Source: an uncultured Actinomycetes bacterium (lineage in GTDB: Bacteria > Actinomycetota > Acidimicrobiia > Acidimicrobiales > RAAP-2). From it: 64,000 bases of DNA. Location: positions 4,889 through 68,888 of the forward strand of contig CAIUMH010000133.1 of NCBI GenBank assembly GCA_903900235.1, given 5' to 3'. Shown here in pieces: positions 39,122 to 47,014 of the stretch. Within the stretch, counting starts at the first letter, position 1, and every line of letters starts with the position of its first letter. The notes below the pieces were generated by a model. It was not told where the DNA came from and did not search any database. It saw only the letters and a list, made by a program, of their open reading frames with translations. Both the position numbers and the translations under genes were made by a program.

Positions 39122-40884
39122 GAGGCCCGTCGGATCTGATCAACGAGCTGTGAGGTAGTCGATTGACCCTCCACCGAGCTCGGGCCGTCACCCGAGGCGA
39201 GTGTCCACGTGGCCCGGAGTTGGCCGCCGCGATCGATGATGAAGACTGACTCAGAGTGCAGTTCCATCCCTCCTGCCCCGATCGTCGACACCGACACCCC
39301 GTAGCGATTCCACACGTCGCGCAGGTCAGCCACCGAACCGGTGAGATACGTCCAATTCGTCCAGCGGGTCAGCCCTTCAGCGTCATTGAAAGCCTGGAGG
39401 TCGCTCACTGAGGTGAAGCGAGGATTGGCATTGATCGCCACGAAGGACACCTTCGCATCCGGTCCAAGCTGTTCGGCGGCAAGGTGCATCTCCTGGGCCT
39501 CAATCGGACATTCCGAGGTGCACACTGGGTCGATGAACGAGATCACCACGACGCGACCAGCGAAGTCCGAGAGAGAGACTCGCTGACCAAGGCTGTCAGT
39601 GAGGACGAACGGAGGCGCCGGACCCCTCAGAGCCGATACCTGGGCGCCGGCTGCGATTGAAGCGTCCGCAGTCGACCCCGGCAGGATCGCCATGGTCGCA
39701 AGGAGCACGGCCCCGAAGGCCGTCACAGCTGCCGCGCTGACGCTGGCAGCGATCCGACGCTGAGTGCCAGGACTCTCGAGCACCGCAGGGCCTGCTGGTG
39801 CTGGCTGGGCACTATCGATGATCAAGCGTCGGGTCACGAGGATCAGGAGTACCCACATCGGCATGGAGTTGACGTCGGTGGAGGACCCACCGAGCACACC
39901 GAAATCCTGAACGAAGACCCACACCAGCGCTGCGGTGAAGCTGAAGCCGATGGCCGCCGGCCCGATGAGATTTGGTCGGCATGACACCAGAGCCGCCCCG
40001 GTGACCACCAGGACGATGACCACGAACAGTCCCAGGAGTGGTCCGGCATGGACTGCGACCGAGGAGAACCATCGCTCGATCGAGGCGGTCGCCGCGGGCT
40101 GAGACATCGCTGCCATCTGGTCAGCCATGACCGCCAGCGACGACGAGCGACCCGACCGAACTACCCCACTCGACGGCAGCGCTTGATGCACGCCCAGCAC
40201 GATCAAGATCACTCCGAGGACTCGAGCGACGATGCGAGCGACCGACGCTGAAGCCAGTCGCGACGACGGGATCGTCAGCGCCAATCCCGCCACGAGGTAG
40301 AGCAAGCTGGCTCCAGGTGCCCCGAACACCCATGACCACGGAGCCAGGAAGACGCCACCAAATCCGGACCCGATCACGAAGATCACCAGCGCCCACGCGG
40401 CCGAGGCGGCACCAGCGGCGGCCGACCACCAGCCGCGCCGCGCCAGCAGGATCCACGCACCAAGTCCCAACTGGATCCAGACCACCGACGTGGCGCCAAG
40501 GATTGGATGGCGGATCCACGCATCGGTGGCCTGCAGCGCAGCCCACGATCCCCAGGTTGGAGCAGTGGCCACTGCAGGGCGTACCACCGCGACGGGCAGA
40601 CCCATGGGCATGGACGTCTGCAGCTGGAGCAGGCCGGCCACCACCCACAACGTGCCCACCCCAAGTCGTAACAGACGTCGAGCGGGAGGCTCCGGTTCAG
40701 CGAGGGACTGCTCCGCACCTCGTCGCACAAGCATGACCGTCACCGCCGCGATCGCACTCAGACCGATCACGCAGGCGAGGTCGAAGAACAGTGCACTAAC
40801 GAAATGGGACGTGACGGTGGGATTTCGCAGGCTGACCCCATTGCCCATCCCGGTCATCGGGTCGTACCGAATCGCTTGGCACAC
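39118..40884 (-). CDS. polytopic membrane domain fused to SCO1/SenC-type copper chaperone (alternative start ATG 40857)
   Basis: About 400 aa N-terminal region with about nine hydrophobic segments. The C-terminal region FAGRVVVISFIDPVCTSECP...VAINANP...ELHSESVFIID carries the SCO CxxxC...H signature. Confidence 0.75.
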   Translation of the reverse strand: MCQAIRYDPMTGMGNGVSLRNPTVTSHFVSALFFDLACVIGLSAIAAVTVMLVRRGAEQSLAEPEPPARRLLRLGVGTLWVVAGLLQLQTSMPMGLPVAVVRPAVATAPTWGSWAALQATDAWIRHPILGATSVVWIQLGLGAWILLARRGWWSAAAGAASAAWALVIFVIGSGFGGVFLAPWSWVFGAPGASLLYLVAGLALTIPSSRLASASVARIVARVLGVILIVLGVHQALPSSGVVRSGRSSSLAVMADQMAAMSQPAATASIERWFSSVAVHAGPLLGLFVVIVLVVTGAALVSCRPNLIGPAAIGFSFTAALVWVFVQDFGVLGGSSTDVNSMPMWVLLILVTRRLIIDSAQPAPAGPAVLESPGTQRRIAASVSAAAVTAFGAVLLATMAILPGSTADASIAAGAQVSALRGPAPPFVLTDSLGQRVSLSDFAGRVVVISFIDPVCTSECPIEAQEMHLAAEQLGPDAKVSFVAINANPRFTSVSDLQAFNDAEGLTRWTNWTYLTGSVADLRDVWNRYGVSVSTIGAGGMELHSESVFIIDRGGQLRATWTLASGDGPSSVEGQSTTSQLVDQIRRAS

Positions 40885-40892
40885 CTCGTCAT
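40854..40892 (-). CDS. candidate leaderless uORF (MTRCAKRFGTTR)
   Basis: ATG 40892 lies 7 nt after the TAGGTT box. Its TGA stop (40856-40854) overlaps ATG 40857 of the SCO-fusion frame as ATGA. Confidence 0.3.
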   Translation of the reverse strand: MTRCAKRFGTTR

Positions 40893-40899
40893 GACAGGC

Positions 40900-40905
40900 A
40901 ACCTA
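40900..40905 (-). promoter_or_regulatory. -10 box TAGGTT upstream of a leaderless 12-codon uORF
   Basis: Minus strand reads TAGGTT-gcctgtc-ATG(40892). Confidence 0.4.
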
Positions 40906-40929
40906 TCCCGGGCCTCGACCGGGATTGAT

Positions 40930-41331
40930 TCACGACTCCGGGATCGCCGTCGCCAAGATGCCGTTCACGAAGGATCCAGACGAGTCCGTCGAGTACGACC
41001 GAGCAAGCTCAACAGCCTCGTTCAGGATCACCGCCCGCGGGGGCGGATCATCCGAACTCGCCTCGGCGAGGGCCAACTCCATCACCAGCCGGTCGATCAT
41101 CCCGATCCTCTCGAGTGGCCAGTTCACGGCTGTGGCCTCGATGGTATTTCGAGAGACGACCTGATGCTCGCCGGCGAGACGTACCAGGAGGGAACAGTAG
41201 GGATCGGGCTCCATGGACAGCTCAGCCAAGACTTCTCGAGGGTCGAGATGCTTCATCTCGGCCTCGTAGAGGAGCCCAAGCGCACGCTCGCGAGACTCAT
41301 GTCGGGTCACACCTGCCATCAGGGGGGTCAC
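40930..41331 (-). CDS. nusB: transcription antitermination factor NusB
   Basis: SRERALGLLYEAEM...IDRLVMELALAE...EAVELARSYSTDSSGSFVNGIL. Confidence 0.9.
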   Translation of the reverse strand: MTPLMAGVTRHESRERALGLLYEAEMKHLDPREVLAELSMEPDPYCSLLVRLAGEHQVVSRNTIEATAVNWPLERIGMIDRLVMELALAEASSDDPPPRAVILNEAVELARSYSTDSSGSFVNGILATAIPES

Positions 41332-41334
41332 CCG

Positions 41335-41898
41335 CTAGGCGCGGGTGATGTACTCGCCGGTGCGGGTATCGACCTTGATCACGTCGCCCTCGTTGACAAA
41401 CAGAGGGACCTGCACCACAAAGCCGGTCTCGAGGGTGGCCGACTTGCGGGCCCCCGAGACTCGGTCCCCTTGGACGCCCGGCTCGGTCTCCGTGACCGTC
41501 AACTCCACCGAGGCGGGGAGCTCAATGCCAATCACCTCATCGAGGTAGGTCTGCAGGTTGGCCGGATCGCCAACCTTGAGGAAGTTGATGGCATCGCCGA
41601 GCGAGGCAGGTGACACCGTCGTCTGGTCATAGGTCGACTGGTCCATGAAGACATAGTCGTCACCATCGCGGAACAAGAACTGGGTGTCGCTCTTGTCGAC
41701 GATGGCCTGCTCAAGCTTCTCGTCGGCCCGAAAGGTCCGCTCGATCACCGCTCCGGTGCGGACGTTCTTCAGCTTGGTCCGAACGAAGGCACCGCCCTTG
41801 CCGGGCTTGACGTGCTGGAACTCGACAACGCTGTACAGCCCCTCCTTGGCGAGGTCGAGCGTCATTCCGTTCTTGAGATCGTTGGTTGAGACAGCCAT
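41335..41898 (-). CDS. efp: elongation factor P
   Basis: MAVSTNDLKNGMTLDL...VEFQHVKPGKGGAFVRTKLKN. The internal ATG 41898 shares 1 nt with the pepP stop (TGATG). Confidence 0.95.
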   Translation of the reverse strand: MAVSTNDLKNGMTLDLAKEGLYSVVEFQHVKPGKGGAFVRTKLKNVRTGAVIERTFRADEKLEQAIVDKSDTQFLFRDGDDYVFMDQSTYDQTTVSPASLGDAINFLKVGDPANLQTYLDEVIGIELPASVELTVTETEPGVQGDRVSGARKSATLETGFVVQVPLFVNEGDVIKVDTRTGEYITRA

Positions 41899-43016
41899 CA
41901 GGCAGCGACTTCCTTCGTGAATCGTGTGAGGGGCTCTGCGCCCGAGCTGGTGACGACGAGCGTGTCCTCGATCCGGACACCACCGACCCCGGCGACGTAG
42001 ACACCGGGCTCGACGGTCACCACCGTGCCTGCCTCCAAGATAGCGGTCCCCTGACTTGCCACCCACGGAAGCTCGTGGATATCGAGGCCAACCCCGTGCC
42101 CAGTGGAGTGCTCGAAGCGCTCGCCCATGCCCCCCTCGACGATGACTCCCCGACAGACGTCGTCGATCGACCCAGCGCTCACCCCCGGCTGGACAGCCGC
42201 CACTCCGGCCGCCTGCGAGGTTGCCACGAGGTCGAAGATCTCCTTCAGCGCGCCGGTGGGTTGCCCACCCACGCAGAACGTCCGCGTCATGTCCGAGCGA
42301 TAGCCCTCAAAGGTGGCACCGAAGTCGACCACCACGGGGTCTCCCATTGCGATGAGCCGGTCGCTTGGGTGATGGTGGGGCTTGGCCGAGTTCTCACCGG
42401 CGGCCACGATGGTCTCGAAGGCCACCGACTCCGCCCCTCGGCGGCGCATCGCCGAGTCGAGGGCAAGTGCGAAGGTGGATTCCGAGATGGGGTCAATGCC
42501 CGCCCGCGACAGCAGTGGCAGTACCTCCCCAAGTGCTGCATCGGCGATCTGCGCAGCGTGGCGCATTCGGTCGATCTCGCCGGCATCCTTGATCGCCCGC
42601 AGTTCCTCAACAAGACCACTGGTGGCAACTGGAGGTCGACCGAGTCGCTCTTCCCATGCCGTTGCTTGAGCCCAGGTCACATGGTCGGCCTCAAGTCCCA
42701 CTCGATCGGCCCCATCCAGGGCGGCCTGCAGCGCCTCGCGCTGGGCCTCTGCTCCGCCGATGACAATCGTCACGTGATCAGCAAGCCCTACAGCCGCTAC
42801 CTGCTCGGCCGCCTGGGTGCGATAACGCCCATCGGTCACCAGGGTCGTTCCGGTGGACGTGAGTGCGACGATGCCGGCTGAACCGGTGAACCCAGTCAGG
42901 TACCGCACATTGGTCAGTGTGGTCACGAGGAGCCCGTCGACCCCAGCCGGGTCGAGCGCATCGAGAAGGCGATACTGGCGACTGGCCACGTCGAGGGCAG
43001 CGAATGTCTCGCTCAT
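41898..43016 (-). CDS. pepP: Xaa-Pro aminopeptidase/dipeptidase (M24B)
   Basis: Creatinase-like N-domain plus M24 metal ligands (VVVDFGA..., HSTGHGVGLDIHE, TVEPG). Confidence 0.85.
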   Translation of the reverse strand: MSETFAALDVASRQYRLLDALDPAGVDGLLVTTLTNVRYLTGFTGSAGIVALTSTGTTLVTDGRYRTQAAEQVAAVGLADHVTIVIGGAEAQREALQAALDGADRVGLEADHVTWAQATAWEERLGRPPVATSGLVEELRAIKDAGEIDRMRHAAQIADAALGEVLPLLSRAGIDPISESTFALALDSAMRRRGAESVAFETIVAAGENSAKPHHHPSDRLIAMGDPVVVDFGATFEGYRSDMTRTFCVGGQPTGALKEIFDLVATSQAAGVAAVQPGVSAGSIDDVCRGVIVEGGMGERFEHSTGHGVGLDIHELPWVASQGTAILEAGTVVTVEPGVYVAGVGGVRIEDTLVVTSSGAEPLTRFTKEVAA

Positions 43017-43468
43017 GGCATCGGGCCAAGCAACCGAGCGACAGCCTCGACCGCCAGGCCGTAGCCGAGGCCACCGAATCCGGCGACCACCCCATCAGCA
43101 ACCGGAGCGATCACCGAGATGTGCCGAAACGGCTCCCGGGCAGCAGGGTTCGACAAGTGCAACTCGACCACTGGAGGATCGAATGCGGCGAGCGCATCGT
43201 GCAGAGCCCACGATGTGTGGGTGAAGGCTCCTGCATTGATGATGATGGCTGAAGCCCAACCGCGAGCCTCATGGATGGCCTCGATCAGCTCGCCCTCGTG
43301 GTTCGACTGGACGTGGCGCACACCGATTCCGTGGTGTTCGCCCTCCCGAACGGCGGCGGCGACGTGATCAGCCAGGGTCTCAGACCCGTAGATGGCCGGT
43401 TCGCGGTCGCCGAGAAGGTCGAGGTTCGGCCCTGAGACGAGAAGGATTTCCCGTGGTGCGCCAGTCAT
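43013..43468 (-). CDS. aroQ: 3-dehydroquinate dehydratase, type II
   Basis: ILLVSGPNLDLLGDREPAIYG...QSNHEGELI...INAGAFTHTS. Confidence 0.9.
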   Translation of the reverse strand: MTGAPREILLVSGPNLDLLGDREPAIYGSETLADHVAAAVREGEHHGIGVRHVQSNHEGELIEAIHEARGWASAIIINAGAFTHTSWALHDALAAFDPPVVELHLSNPAAREPFRHISVIAPVADGVVAGFGGLGYGLAVEAVARLLGPMP

Positions 43469-44544
43469 CGTCGAGCTCCCATCTCCTCGAGCGTAGCGAG
43501 CACCACCTCTGCCGGAACACCGCGGACCGGGACGACCCCTTCGGGGCCGTCGAGGACGAACGTCAGGTCGTGGTGCGCCTTCTTGTCGCGTTCCATGGCA
43601 TCGACCAGTTCGGTGGCCACCAACCCTGGCGGAAGCTCAGTAGCCAGGTCGAAGCCGCCGACCACTCGGCGATGCAGCTCGACGCGATCGTCGTCGATCC
43701 GATTGAGGTTCCTCGCCAAAAGTGCTGCGAAGATCAGTCCGATTGCCACGGCCTCACCATGAAGCAGATCGGCCGACCGGCTCGCCCGACCGGCTTCGCG
43801 GTCTTCGAGTCCGATTGCCTCGAGGGCGTGAGCCAGCGTGTGCCCGTAGTTGAGGATCATCCTGCGCCCGCCCTCGCGCTCGTCGTCGGCCACCACATCT
43901 GATTTGATTCCGGCACAGCGAGCGACCTGGTCGTCAAGATCCTCTTCAAGGAGGGCCGCCGACGGGATCGCTTCGCCCAAGAATGCGTACTTGGCCATCT
44001 CACCTCGTCCGCAAGCCCACTCCCGAGGCGGCAGGCTTGAGAGCACTTCGGTGTCACAGATGACCGCGCTGGGCTGCCAGAACGCTCCGACGAGGTTCTT
44101 ACCTTCAGGGAGGTTGACGCCGGTCTTGCCGCCGATGGCGGCATCGATCTGCGCCAGCAGGGTCGTTGCCACAGTGACGTACCCGATGCCGCGGTGATAG
44201 GAGGCCGCAGCGAATCCGGCCACGTCACTGGTGAGACCGCCACCGACAGCGATAACGAGGTCGTGGCGCGACAGGCCGGCCTCGACGAACCTTCGGCACA
44301 ATCCTTCGATGGTCTCGAGGTTCTTGGCGTCCTCGCCCTGCTCGATCACGACGATCTCGAACCGAATCCCAGGATCGAGCTGCGCGATCCAGTGCGCATC
44401 GATGAGGGGCTGCTGGGTCACGATCATGGCCAGCTCCGCCATCGGTGCCACTCGAGCCACCACATCGGCCAGCTCACGACGAGCTCCGCTGCCGATCAGC
44501 ACCTCATAGGGCTGCGGGCCGACGTCGACCGTCACTCGGTTCAT
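43465..44544 (-). CDS. aroB: 3-dehydroquinate synthase
   Basis: VIAVGGGLTSDVAGFAAASYHRGI...LNYGHTLAHALE. Confidence 0.9.
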   Translation of the reverse strand: MNRVTVDVGPQPYEVLIGSGARRELADVVARVAPMAELAMIVTQQPLIDAHWIAQLDPGIRFEIVVIEQGEDAKNLETIEGLCRRFVEAGLSRHDLVIAVGGGLTSDVAGFAAASYHRGIGYVTVATTLLAQIDAAIGGKTGVNLPEGKNLVGAFWQPSAVICDTEVLSSLPPREWACGRGEMAKYAFLGEAIPSAALLEEDLDDQVARCAGIKSDVVADDEREGGRRMILNYGHTLAHALEAIGLEDREAGRASRSADLLHGEAVAIGLIFAALLARNLNRIDDDRVELHRRVVGGFDLATELPPGLVATELVDAMERDKKAHHDLTFVLDGPEGVVPVRGVPAEVVLATLEEMGARR

Positions 44545-45062
44545 GCTGCCACCGCCAACAGGGTCAGGATCTCGTCGGCCACCTCGTCGGCCGTTCGGTC
44601 ATCGACCTCGATGACCGCCGAGGTCACCTCATCGAAGAATGGACGTCGTCGCTTGCCAAGCCGAACCAGCGCTCCGAGAGGATCCTCGCTGAGGAGCGGC
44701 CGACCACTCGGATCACCGATTCGCCCGAGCGCCACTGAAGGGCTCACGCGCAGCTGGACCACTCCGGGTTCGGCGGCGAGTAGCCGTCGTGCTGCCTGGG
44801 TCTCAACGATGCCTCCACCCGTGGAGATCACCACCGGGCTCGTCCAGCTGAGGGCAGCCTCGAGCGCGCTCAACTCGAGCGAGCGAAACATCTCTTCACC
44901 GTCAGCGGCGAAGACCTCCGCCACCGAACGATCTTCGCGCTCGGCCACGATCTGATCCGTGTCGAGCCCGATCCAGCCAAGCCGGTCCGACAAGATCTCC
45001 ATCACCGTCGACTTGCCCGACCCCATGGGTCCGACCAGCACGATCCGAGAGAGCCCGGTCAC
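44541..45062 (-). CDS. aroK: shikimate kinase
   Basis: IVLVGPMGSGKSTV...DTDQ...STGGG. Confidence 0.9.
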   Translation of the reverse strand: MTGLSRIVLVGPMGSGKSTVMEILSDRLGWIGLDTDQIVAEREDRSVAEVFAADGEEMFRSLELSALEAALSWTSPVVISTGGGIVETQAARRLLAAEPGVVQLRVSPSVALGRIGDPSGRPLLSEDPLGALVRLGKRRRPFFDEVTSAVIEVDDRTADEVADEILTLLAVAA

Positions 45063-46252
45063 GACCGTTGAGCCGCCGACGGGGTCTCGCCGAGATGCTC
45101 GATGAACGAGTCTCGATTCCTGATGAGCTCCGCCATTGAGTCTCCACCGAACTTTCGGAGCGACTCGGTGGCGAGGACCACAGCCACCATCGCCTCGGCC
45201 ACCACCCCCATCGCCGGCACGGCTGTCACATCGGTGCGCTCCTTGAACGAGACCGTCGAAGCCTTCGTCGCCACATCCACCGTCTCGAGGACCGGCCGAT
45301 TGAGCGTGGCCAGCGGCTTCATCGCTGCCCGGATCGATAGCAGGCCTCCGGTGGTCATCCCTCCCTCAATGCCGCCGGCTCGCGCCGTGCTGCGGACGAA
45401 ACCTCCAGACTCAGCGCCCTGCGACGGGTCATAGGTGATCGCATCATGGGCCGTCGAACCGGGCTGACCGGCCTGCTCGAATCCCTGGCCGATCTCGACG
45501 CCCTTGATCGCTTGGATGCTCATGATCGCCTGGGCCAACATGCCATCGATCTTGCGATCCCAGTGGACGTGGCTGCCAAGGCCCAAGGGAACCCCAAAGG
45601 CAAGTACTTCGGCGATGCCCCCAAGGGAGTCACCGGCCTTCGCTGCCGCCTTGATGGCGGCCACCATCGACGTCGAGGTGGTCGCGTCGAAGCAACGGAC
45701 CTCGTCGGCATCGATGGCGTCACGATCACCGATCCCCGGTCGATCATCAACAGACGCTCGAACATCGCCGAGCTGGACGGTATGGCTCAAGATGGAAGTG
45801 CCAAGCTCGGCCAGCAGTGCCTTCGCCAGCGATCCCGCCACCACCCGAGCCGCTGTCTCACGAGCCGAGGCTCGCTCGAGCACATCGCGAGCATCATCAA
45901 AGCCGTACTTCTGCATCCCCACGAGGTCTGCGTGTCCGGGCCGAGGAGTGGAGAGCACCGAGCTTGGGGCACCCGGGGCGGGAGACATCTCCTCGCTCCA
46001 GCGCTCCCACTCGGTGTTCTTAATCTCGATGGCCACCGGTGAACCGAGGGTGCGGCCATGGCGGATGCCTGCTGTCAGCGTGATCTCGTCCACCTCGAAT
46101 CGCATTCGAGGACCACGGCCGAAGCCGAGTCGCCGACGGGCTAGTTCGGCCTGGATCTGTGACTCGACGATGGGGAGCCCAGCAGGCAACCCTTCGACGA
46201 TGACAACAAGGGCCTGGCCGTGGGATTCACCTGCGGTGAGGAAGCGGAGCAC
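45059..46252 (-). CDS. aroC: chorismate synthase
   Basis: MLRFLTAGESHGQALV...RPGHADL...SARETAARV. Confidence 0.95.
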   Translation of the reverse strand: MLRFLTAGESHGQALVVIVEGLPAGLPIVESQIQAELARRRLGFGRGPRMRFEVDEITLTAGIRHGRTLGSPVAIEIKNTEWERWSEEMSPAPGAPSSVLSTPRPGHADLVGMQKYGFDDARDVLERASARETAARVVAGSLAKALLAELGTSILSHTVQLGDVRASVDDRPGIGDRDAIDADEVRCFDATTSTSMVAAIKAAAKAGDSLGGIAEVLAFGVPLGLGSHVHWDRKIDGMLAQAIMSIQAIKGVEIGQGFEQAGQPGSTAHDAITYDPSQGAESGGFVRSTARAGGIEGGMTTGGLLSIRAAMKPLATLNRPVLETVDVATKASTVSFKERTDVTAVPAMGVVAEAMVAVVLATESLRKFGGDSMAELIRNRDSFIEHLGETPSAAQRS

Positions 46253-46301
46253 GGGTCAAGACTACGCGTCGGCCGAGCGCTGCCCGGGACTGACGGTTGG
46301 C

Positions 46302-46961
46302 TCAGTTCTCGAAGAACGGGTTGGCACCCTGCGCGTGGTCGGTGACATCGACCACACCAGTCAGCTCCGGGATGGCGTCACGCAATGAGACCTCGATGCC
46401 CTGACTCAGCGTCTGACGGGACATGGCGCAGCCCTGGCAGCCTCCGGAGAGGGCCAAGTAGGCCACCCCGGTTGTCTCGTCCATCGCCACGAGGTCGGCC
46501 CGACCACCGTGTCCTGCGATGGAGGGATTGACCTCGGCCTCAAGTGTGGCGATCGCTCGCACAGCCAGCGGGCCAGCGATCCCCTGCGCCAGCACCTCCT
46601 CAGGGACGCCGGGGGCGATCTCCTGTGCTGAAGGGACGTTGGGGTTGACCATCACAAGCCCACCTCCGCCATCGGCCGAGAACTCGAGTCGGGCGCCGGC
46701 CAGTCGACTGACGCTGCCCGATGGCACCACCACGGTGACGCCATCGACGACATAGGTGACATCGTCGTCACCGGCATCACCGGCCGCCTGGAAGAACAGG
46801 TCATAGGTGAAGCGTCCAGCCTCGACGCCACGTACCTCGAGCCAGAGGGCGAGGTCGTCGGCACCGGGCTCGGCGGCCAGTGCATCAGCCACGACGGTGC
46901 GGGCCTCATCGGTGATCTCGACGACGACGTCATCGGTTGTGGTGTCAGTGATCTGCGTCAT
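46302..46961 (-). CDS. Fe-S biogenesis protein, HesB/IscA-like N-domain + NifU-like C-domain (NfuA-like)
   Basis: C-terminal region VNPSIAGHGGRADLV...YLALSGGCQGCAMS carries the Nfu CxxC motif. Confidence 0.8.
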   Translation of the reverse strand: MTQITDTTTDDVVVEITDEARTVVADALAAEPGADDLALWLEVRGVEAGRFTYDLFFQAAGDAGDDDVTYVVDGVTVVVPSGSVSRLAGARLEFSADGGGGLVMVNPNVPSAQEIAPGVPEEVLAQGIAGPLAVRAIATLEAEVNPSIAGHGGRADLVAMDETTGVAYLALSGGCQGCAMSRQTLSQGIEVSLRDAIPELTGVVDVTDHAQGANPFFEN

Positions 46962-46967
46962 GCCTCC

Positions 46968-46973
46968 ATTCTA
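46968..46973 (-). promoter_or_regulatory. -10 box TAGAAT, leaderless start at 46961
   Basis: Minus strand reads TAGAAT-ggaggc-ATG. Confidence 0.5.
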
Positions 46974-47002
46974 CGGGTCGTCCGCACTATTGGGACGGAG
47001 GC

Positions 47003-47008
47003 TAGGTT
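47003..47008 (+). promoter_or_regulatory. -10 box TAGGTT, leaderless start at 47015
   Basis: TAGGTT-gcgcaa-GTG. Confidence 0.5.
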
Positions 47009-47014
47009 GCGCAA

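Noticed and set aside
40907-40923. A hairpin CCCGG-N7-CCGGG just after the nusB stop, and GCCGG-N8-CCGGC after the ctaE stop (about 32466-32485), considered as intrinsic terminators.
   Set aside because: The stems are only 5 bp and no U-tract follows. They are too weak to call and may be incidental GC-rich palindromes.
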